Shown: piece by piece, positions 1 through 7,600 of the stretch
Layout: every line of letters starts with the position of its first letter
Numbering within the stretch: the stretch's first letter is position 1
Assembly (NCBI GenBank): GCA_963748825.1
Contig: CAVVKN010000008.1
Coordinates: 1-34,772 of the forward strand
From: Methanotrichaceae archaeon
GTDB taxonomy: Archaea; Halobacteriota; Methanosarcinia; Methanotrichales; Methanotrichaceae
DNA: 34,772 nucleotides
Direction: 5' to 3'
The notes under the pieces: model-generated
The model's input: only the letters and a program-made list of their open reading frames with translations
The model's database searches: none
What the model was told of the DNA's origin: nothing
Program-made: the position numbers and the translations under genes

Positions 1-264
1 GGCATCGCTTATATCGATCACCCTTCTCATGGGAGCTACTGGCGCGGATTACGGCGTCCTGGAGGCGGCCAGGATCTGGGAAACCTGAATACGTACTCTG
101 CAGCCATCCAGAAAGCTGATGTGGTGGGCACTCGGAATAATGAAGGATTGCATATAAGCAATAATACCTTCGTGGTATTTGCTACCAATGATCAGGCATT
201 CACGGACCTGTCTGCAGGAACGATGGATGCTTCTATCACAGCACCAATGGAAACCAAAATTTAG
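1..264 (+). pseudogene. Fasciclin (FAS1) domain protein remnant, frameshifted and truncated; 5' end outside window
   Basis: Frame 2 reads signal-peptide-like ASLISITLLMGATGADYGVLEAA then stops after RIWET. Frame 1 continues DLGNLNTYSAAIQKADVVGTRNNEG...TFVVFATNDQAFTDL, resembling the FAS1 H1 motif (FTVFAPTDEAF), and stops at TAG 262-264 with no H2 motif. Frame switch near 69-72. Confidence 0.55.
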
Positions 265-542
265 CACCTTCAAAATTAGTTCGGAGTCCATGAAACGAAT
301 ACCAAACATATCGGGATAATTCTAGATGGGAACAGGAGATGGGCTGCTGAAGGGGAGGAGGATCAAGCTTACGGACAAAAGTTGGCGGAGATTGTCTTAT
401 GATATCTTAAATACTATCAGTTCCTAATAAATAGTGGTAAGCCCATTTCGAAGTACCTTCCGAACAGAGCCTGAACCAAATTCTCGGGGTCTCCAGGCGC
501 TAATTTGTCAAAACCTGTGTTAGTAATATAAATGGTGGATAT

Positions 543-803
543 ATGGTACTCTGTAGATATTGCCGGAAGGATGTAAAGCCCAATATGTATTTAACGTGGA
601 AAGGCTTTATTAGAGGTTTAGGAATCTTCTATTTGATAAATATTATCCTGAGGATTCCACAATGCCCCAACTGCAACTTTCCTATGCCCCGGAGAAGCAT
701 GGTTTTTTCCATCCCGTTCCTACAGCATCTTATCAAATTGGCGAGGATGAGTATATTACAATTGGTACATCTTAAGGATAGAGTTACTGCCAAGCTCACA
801 TAA
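543..803 (+). CDS. Small LITAF-like zinc-ribbon protein (CxxC - hydrophobic segment - CxxC)
   Basis: CRYC...WKGFIRGLGIFYLINIIL...CPNC; GGTGG upstream of ATG. Confidence 0.6.
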   Translation: MVLCRYCRKDVKPNMYLTWKGFIRGLGIFYLINIILRIPQCPNCNFPMPRRSMVFSIPFLQHLIKLARMSILQLVHLKDRVTAKLT

Positions 804-996
804 TTAATATCAACCATGCAATTATAACTAAAAAATCATATATTGATTGATTTACTTAGAAATTATTAAGTCAAGTTAGATCCCATCCCAGGATGAATGA
901 TCCCTTATGACATCATACCTGCCCTAAAAGCAACATACTGCTTTCATCATCCCTAAGACATTGACTGGAAAAATTCACGACCGGGTAAATTTGATA

Positions 997-1034
997 GTTT
1001 ACACTTTGTACTATAATTCTCAATATGTGCCATA
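997..1034 (+). promoter_or_regulatory. Shared upstream element, copy 1 (TGTACTATA-N10-TGTGCCATA)
   Basis: 29/38 ungapped identity with 3962-3999; ends 76 nt before ATG 1110. Confidence 0.55.
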
Positions 1035-1109
1035 AAGAGCTTATGCAAATGTATCAATTATCTGGATGCAAATCAGATGCGAATAAGATGTAAATCGGAG
1101 GTGAAATAC

Positions 1110-1286
1110 ATGGAAGAATGGGAGGCACTTATCAAAAGACGTCAGTTGCTTTCGGATAGGATCTCGAAGATGAACTATGAAGTTGATAAAATTGATCAGC
1201 GTTTGGATTTCCTGGGAAAGATAGCGGAGTCTGAGCAGTTTCATCGGTATCGTATACAGGAGCGGTTTGTGCAGGTGGTTTCCTAG
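1110..1286 (+). CDS. 58-aa hypothetical coiled-coil protein
   Basis: Strong RBS GGAGGTGA (1097-1104) before ATG 1110; heptad-like LIKRRQLLSDRISKMNYEVDKIDQRLDFL. Confidence 0.65.
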   Translation: MEEWEALIKRRQLLSDRISKMNYEVDKIDQRLDFLGKIAESEQFHRYRIQERFVQVVS

Positions 1287-1659
1287 AATGCATTCAGGCA
1301 TAAGGTCAGCTTATACAGAGGAGGCGGCAAATTTAGACGCTGTTGAAAAAAAGAATCGGAACGCCTCTTACCGGAGCGCACTACTCACTATGGCCACATA
1401 GCCGTCCATTAATACTAGCGGCCAGCCTACTTGCCATTTCGTCCTCTCCTATTTTGGGACTGATGGAAATTGACCACAAAATATCTATAACAGGTTAGCA
1501 GCCACCTCCTCGCTAGGGAGACTATGGGAATCCGGTGGAATTTGATGCGATATTGTCCAAGAGAGAAGTTCACAGCTTGGGTTGCAGCTACGTGACTTCA
1601 TCAGAAATAAATTAAAACAAATAAATAGATATTCATTGGATGGAAACGACAGAGACGAC

Positions 1660-3600
1660 ATGCAAGAGAACATTGTCCATGATAATAGGGAGAAGATTTT
1701 AGCTTATATCTCGAATAATCCCGGCTCTCACCTGAGGAAACTCGCAAGGGAACTTAAAATAAGTCTTAGTACTTTGCGATATCACCTCGATCAGTTAGAG
1801 AAAAATGAATTAATTGTTAGCCAAAAGCAATATAACTTAAGAATATATTTTCTTTCAGGCAAACTCAAGCCAGAGGAGAGGGCATTAACCCAATTACTGC
1901 AGCAGAAGCGTTTTCGAGATATAATCCTCATATTGGTCGAGTCACCTGGATCCACATTTTCTCAGATAGCACAAAGATTGTCAATGAGCCATTCGACGGC
2001 CTCAAAATACATCAACATCTTAGAAGATCGCAAAATATTATCCCATGAGAAAGTTGGAAGGAAAAAGAGATATCGCATAAATGATGAAAAAAGTGTAATT
2101 GAACTGCTAAAGACATACAAAAAATTCATGACAGACATGAGCTTTGACATTCGTATGCCCATGAATGCCATAGTGGGCATGACAAGCCTGCTACTTGAAG
2201 AGAATATGACTGCAGAGCAGAGAGATTTCGTAGAGACCATCAGAATATCTTCAGATGCTCTGATGGCCGTTGTAAATGATTTCCTCGATTTCTCAAAGAT
2301 AGAGCGAGAGAAGACGGAGCTTGAAATTAGGACATTTAATCTGCGCAATTGCATTGAGGATGCTCTGCAGTCAGTTGCTAAAAAGGCAACGGCGAAGGGG
2401 CTGGATCTGGCATACAAGATAGATGGAATTTCACCGGATGTAATAATCGGTGACCCGAAGAAGCTTCTTCAAATCCTCATCAATTTGCTAAGCAACTCAG
2501 TCGAGTTCACCGATAAGGGAGAGGTTGATGTGTCAGTATCTTCTGTACATCTTGATCCCTTATACGAGATTCACTTTGAGATCAAAGATACCGGCATAGG
2601 TATCCCTGCGGATAAATTAGATCGGCTTTTCAACTCATGTGACACGCCCGAAGAGCTAAAGAAGAGAAAAAACAAGGTTGCTGACACGAGTTTATCCACT
2701 AGCAGAGAGTTGGTGGAGCTAATGAGCGGAAGGATTTGGGCAGAGAGCAAGTTGGGGGAGGGGTCATCATTCCATTTCACCATTAAAACTAAACCTGTTC
2801 CCAATATTTCGCTTCTAAGCGGGATCCAGCTGCCGCTTGATGGAAAGCGAATCCTCATCGCAGAAGGAAATAGAACCATTCGTAGTAACCTAGAAATGCA
2901 AACCGCTGAATGGGGCATGATTCCGATAACCAGCGCAGGGTTTGAAGAAGCTCTTGGATTAATAAGAAGTATTGATCCCCTGGACATTGCTCTCCTGGAT
3001 GTTAGCACAATAGATAACGTCCTCTCCTTAGAGGAAGAGATAATCAAGATCAATAAGGCATTGCCAATAGTAGCTCTGACATTCGCCGGCCAACGAATCA
3101 GACCAAAGCTTTTTACAAGCACTTTGGCCAAGCCCGTCAGGCAAACCGATCTCTTCAATGCCCTAAAAGCCGCGCTTGCCAAGCAATTCATAGCCGACAG
3201 CGATGATGAGCTAACCGCGAAAAGAAGCGGCCATGAGGATCTAAGTGTGCTTATAGCTGAAGACAATGTATCGAATCAAAAGGTCATACTCTCCATGCTA
3301 AAACGATTGGGTTATCGAGCACATGCGGTATCCAATGGAAGGGAGGCTTTGCTGGCTCTTGAATTCGGAAGCTACGATGTTTTGCTCATGGATGTAAGGA
3401 TGCCCGAGATGGATGGCCTGGAGGCCACCCGCATAATTCGCCAGCGCTGGCACAACAAAATGTTGATAATCGCCATAACGGCATATGCGCTCAAGGGAGA
3501 TAGGGAGAAATGCCTTGAGGCTGGCATGGATGATTATATCAGTAAGCCGGTTAAGATGGAGGAGCTGGACGAGATGCTAAGAAAGCATCTAATTATCTGA
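1660..3600 (+). CDS. Tandem winged-HTH + degenerate HisKA/HATPase_c + two receiver domains (hybrid pseudo-histidine-kinase regulator)
   Basis: wHTH1 ILAYISNNPGSHLRKLARELKISLSTLRYHLDQLE; wHTH2 ILVESPGSTFSQIAQRLSMSHSTASKYINILE; H-box MSFDIRMPMNAIVG; N-box NLLSNSVEFT; G1 DTGIGI; REC2 intact (AEDN, LMDVRMPEMDG, TA, KPV). ATG 1660 preferred over TTG 1582. Confidence 0.85.
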   Translation: MQENIVHDNREKILAYISNNPGSHLRKLARELKISLSTLRYHLDQLEKNELIVSQKQYNLRIYFLSGKLKPEERALTQLLQQKRFRDIILILVESPGSTFSQIAQRLSMSHSTASKYINILEDRKILSHEKVGRKKRYRINDEKSVIELLKTYKKFMTDMSFDIRMPMNAIVGMTSLLLEENMTAEQRDFVETIRISSDALMAVVNDFLDFSKIEREKTELEIRTFNLRNCIEDALQSVAKKATAKGLDLAYKIDGISPDVIIGDPKKLLQILINLLSNSVEFTDKGEVDVSVSSVHLDPLYEIHFEIKDTGIGIPADKLDRLFNSCDTPEELKKRKNKVADTSLSTSRELVELMSGRIWAESKLGEGSSFHFTIKTKPVPNISLLSGIQLPLDGKRILIAEGNRTIRSNLEMQTAEWGMIPITSAGFEEALGLIRSIDPLDIALLDVSTIDNVLSLEEEIIKINKALPIVALTFAGQRIRPKLFTSTLAKPVRQTDLFNALKAALAKQFIADSDDELTAKRSGHEDLSVLIAEDNVSNQKVILSMLKRLGYRAHAVSNGREALLALEFGSYDVLLMDVRMPEMDGLEATRIIRQRWHNKMLIIAITAYALKGDREKCLEAGMDDYISKPVKMEELDEMLRKHLII

Positions 3601-3742
3601 GGCAGATCCCCACTCCTCTAAATTGGAGATAGAAGGGTTCTTCCGAAATCTCAATGCAAATTTTAGAATTTACTCTATTCGATATAAAATAGTGTATCAC
3701 GAGAGGAAATAAGGTCATGGTGATTGGTTCTTATTAGTCCCG

Positions 3743-3762
3743 CGTCATAACCCGTCATAACC
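3743..3762. repeat. 10-bp tandem duplication (CGTCATAACC)x2
   Basis: Seen directly in intergenic sequence. Confidence 0.6.
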
Positions 3763-3961
3763 CTAACTCTCTATCCGAATGTTCTAGAAAGACCATCCGT
3801 TTTTTTTAGCCAATTTTGCGCTGTGTTCCGCTAATTTCATTTGTATCCAAAGCTATTATTAATAATTATTTTATTAAGCTTAAATAATCAATCAATATGG
3901 TTATCATAAATAATAATATAAAAATCGCTTTCAAAATTAAAAATAATGATAGAGTATATAT

Positions 3962-3999
3962 GTTCACATTTTGTGCTATAATCCATGTTCTGTGCCATA
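3962..3999 (+). promoter_or_regulatory. Shared upstream element, copy 2 (TGTGCTATA-N10-TGTGCCATA), followed by TATA-like TTAAATAA
   Basis: 29/38 identity with 997-1034; ends 80 nt before ATG 4079. Confidence 0.55.
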
Positions 4000-4078
4000 T
4001 GTCCTTAAATAAATAACGTGCGATGCATCAATAGTACAATTCCGGATTGGACATACGTAGCTCAGTAAGGGGTGGAGC

Positions 4079-4321
4079 ATGAAGAGAAGCCGTGAAGAGA
4101 TCTTAGCCCAAATTCTAGATACGTGCGCGAAAAGTGCCAGCAAGACCCGAATAGTGTATCAGGTAAACCTCAACTTCAAGACGGTAAAGCCCTACTTGGA
4201 GACATTGATCGGAAGCAAACTAATAGAAGTCAACTCAGGAAAAAACGTATTGTATGAAACCACACAAAAAGGCGCAAATCTTCTGGAAGCCATTAATCGA
4301 GTTAATGAGGAACTGAGTTGA
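4079..4321 (+). CDS. Small winged-helix transcriptional regulator (HTH_45/COG3432-like)
   Basis: MKRSREEILAQILDTC...KTRIVYQVNLNFKTVKPYLETL...YETTQKG is the typical archaeal pattern. Confidence 0.85.
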   Translation: MKRSREEILAQILDTCAKSASKTRIVYQVNLNFKTVKPYLETLIGSKLIEVNSGKNVLYETTQKGANLLEAINRVNEELS

Positions 4322-4380
4322 GTACAGCTATGGGCTTTTGTATCGTCCTCTGGCAATGAGCCGATAAAGGTCGCGAAAAG

Positions 4381-4419
4381 ACTGACGGGAGCGATCTGGC
4401 CGTGGAGTGCTCCCTCAGT
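4381..4419. terminator. GC-rich stem-loop between convergent genes
   Basis: ACTGA(C)GGGAGC ... GCTCCCTCAGT, 11-bp stem with one bulge. Confidence 0.35.
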
Positions 4420-4606
4420 TTCCTATCATAGATCCCGTATCCATCTTTTCCGATTCCGAGGATCTTCCGTTGGCCGAGGGGATCTTGGTCTAACTACAAT
4501 AATTCGAAATGCACAATCCGCAAAATTAAGTGTTATATCTTGGTTTCCTTTATCATCTACTATAATAAAATGAATGAGCAGCACCCTATTCCCAAGAGCC
4601 TTTTTC

Positions 4607-7600
4607 TCACTCACCAACCAGCGGACAGCTACAGCTCGCGCCATCCCCGGCAATCTCATCGTCGCAGATCATCTCCGATCTGTCCAGCCCCCATTCCGGT
4701 GGCCGCCAGCCGCCCTCGGCGTAGGATGTCGCCTCGCCCACCGTCACCGTCGCGCTGGCCTCTGTCGATGTCCCGCCTGAGCCGTCCAGGGCATGAGCCT
4801 CTACCATGGCCGTGTTCACGAACTTGCCGTTTCTCATGGCCTGGGCCCGATATTCGATGAACCGGCTTTCACCAGCAGGGATGGCCGTAGTTACCCAGAC
4901 AAGATCCGGCCCCTCCACCTGGGGCTGTGCCGAGGCATTCAAGAGCTGCAGGCCCGTAGGCAGGCGGTCCGTGACCTGCGCTACGAGGCTCACGTTGGCC
5001 TGGTTTTTGAGAAGGATGCGATACCAGATGAGCCGGCTGTCCGCCGCATCGATGCGCGCCTGCTTTTCCACGAGCATCTCTGGCTGGCAGCAGGAGAGCC
5101 AGCCGAACTGCATGACGCTCATGTTGCCCGCGCTGATCCACTGGTCATTATAGCCGCCCGAGGCGTAGACCACATTGACCAGTTCGTCCCGCGAGTCAGT
5201 TACATTCAGCCGCAGGTTGATGTTCACGGACTGGCCGATGCCCAGGTAGAGCAGCGACCAATTGGCATAGCCCGGCTGCAGCCGCTCGGGCTTGAGCGAG
5301 GAGCCCAGATAATCGGTTCCCGCCGGGAAGATGTCCCAGACGTAGACCGGGCCCAGGGCCGCGTTGCCGTCGTTAAGAACTGTGATGGTGTAATCGGCTA
5401 CCGTGGTGCCGGGCACCAGTTGCCCGGTCTTGTTCAATGTGAGATGAGGCCGGTCGAAGCGGGAGACGCCGCCCAGGTGAACCTCGCGCTGCAAGGAGTA
5501 CTGGCCCACGTACTCTTCATCCAGATCCACCTCGCGTTGAGCGCTCTCTGAGACGGCCCGCAGCCTGGCTTTTCCCTGGAATCTGAGATTGGTGGACATG
5601 TCGTTCAAGCCCTCCGCTTTTGTCTCCTCCCGGATGTAATCGGCCCCGGTGATCTCCTGGCCCAGGAAGCTTTGGCCGGGGCTCTTTGACCAGATGCCCG
5701 CCTTCCATTTGCCGTAGCCGTACTGCGGATCGTAACTGGCGAACAGGTCTTTGGCGATGAAGCTTTCCGCAGTGCTGATCAGCTCCTCGCTCTCATACGA
5801 GCCAAAGCCATGCTCATAGCTTCGCTGGCTCTTTTTCAGGCGCTGGTCACTGGCCGCTAGCCCCAGGCCGGTGGTATTGCGGATCATGCGCACGTTGCTG
5901 CCATAGTCCTGCAGGCTCTGGTTGATGCGGAAGGTCCCGGCATAGTCCTGGGAAGACTCGAAGACGGGCGAGGGCTTGACAGCTTCTCCATCCTTCTTGC
6001 GCACGCCCAGATGGGCCTGGCCCACTAACTCCGCCTCCATCGACATGATCGTCTCGTTCTGGTCCAGCAAGAACTGCTGATCCATCTCCAGGCTCTTGGC
6101 ATACCGGAACTCCTGGCTGGTCGAAGCCTGTGTGGCGCGGTTCCAGGTATAGGTCAGGGAGGATACCCTGGGAATCATAATCTATCGACTTATCACCTAG
6201 CAGAGCGAAGCTTGTGGTCCGGTAGACGGCCTGAAGAGTGCTAATGCTCTTGATCGACCTGTTTTGCATCTGCAAAGCTGCCTCCTCCTCGTTTCTGTAC
6301 TCTCCGCTGCCGTGCTCCTTTTTGAGCAGTATGGTTCCTTCATTCTCCTGCAGCTTGACGGAGTAGGTTGTCGAGACGGGCTTGAACTGGTCACCGGTTA
6401 GGGTAACGCTGTTTTTCAGACCGCTTGCCTGCGTTTCCGTGGATAGGCGGCGATAGCTGTTGACAAAGCCGCTACCTGACACGAACGACTGGCTCTCGAA
6501 ACTCAGATTTGAGGCATTTTTAACCTGGAAAAGGACGCTGATGGTGCCCTTGCCCAGAGGAGGCAGGGTGCCGATGCTCCAGACGTTCTCCGTTCCCGCA
6601 TCCGGTGCCGGATTAGCGGAGAGGAAGATGAGATCGGAAGAGGCATGCTCCGTGATCACAACATTAGTCAGGGGGATGTCCACCAGGCTTTCGTAAGTGA
6701 TGGTGTATCTGACAGTAGCCCCTGGCCAGACCTCTTTTGAGTCTGAGGTCTTGTTCAGCTTCACCGGGTCGCTCAGCAGCTTCAGGCATTTCACGTTTGT
6801 CTGGGCGATGACCGGGGCCACGGCTGCCTGGCCGGTGCTGCCCGTGACCACGATTGTGCTGGTGAGACTTTCCGGTGCTCCTGGCTGTACTTGAGAGGTT
6901 ACGGTTATGGTGGTTGAAGGCGATGGCGCTCCTGCGAGGTTCGCAGATGCGGCCTGAGATTCGGCCGTCTGGGCAGCCATCTGTGAGCCAAAGGCAAGTA
7001 CTGTCCAGATCAGTGTGCTGGTGCCGTCAGCGTTCTCGATTACGCTCTGAGGGCTGGGATTAGAGGAGATGAACTTCAGACCTTTGGGTAGCGTATATTC
7101 CGCGCCCAGGCTATCGAGCAGGATATCGCCCTGGCGGTTGATGGTGATGTTGAAGATGATCTCCTGGCCTGGCAGCACCGTCTGGGGATCGGCCGTAATC
7201 TGGACAAGGAAAGCCTCCACGAGCTTGCGGTTCCCGAAGTCCCTCTCGGAGACATCGGAATCCGTGAGCATCACCAAATAGGAGCCGCCAGCGGGAGATG
7301 TCTGCAGCCAGCCACTCTGCAGCTCTTCGCCGACGGTGTAGTCTCCAGGTGGCAGGTTTTGGAACTGATATGAACCGTCCTGGCCGGTGGTCGTAGTGGT
7401 CTCGGTGATCTGCGGGCTTTGCAGCCTGATGGTCCAGTCCTTAAGCCCCTTCTCTTCTGCATCCTTCTGACCGTTGCCGTTCAGATCCTCGAACTTCATG
7501 CCGCTAATACTGGCAGTAGGCACGTTGCCGAAGTTCACCTCAGTCGAGGTGACTGAAGTCTGATCTGCTTTCGTGACGGTAACCTGGTCGGCATTGATGA

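Noticed and set aside
1524-1595. 23-codon ORF with GGGAG upstream, ahead of the pseudokinase
   Set aside because: Too short and featureless to support without conservation or translation data
5847-6170. C-terminal ~107 aa of ORF 5847..10529
   Set aside because: Out-of-frame read-through after the frameshift; the overlapping frame carries the domain-like sequence
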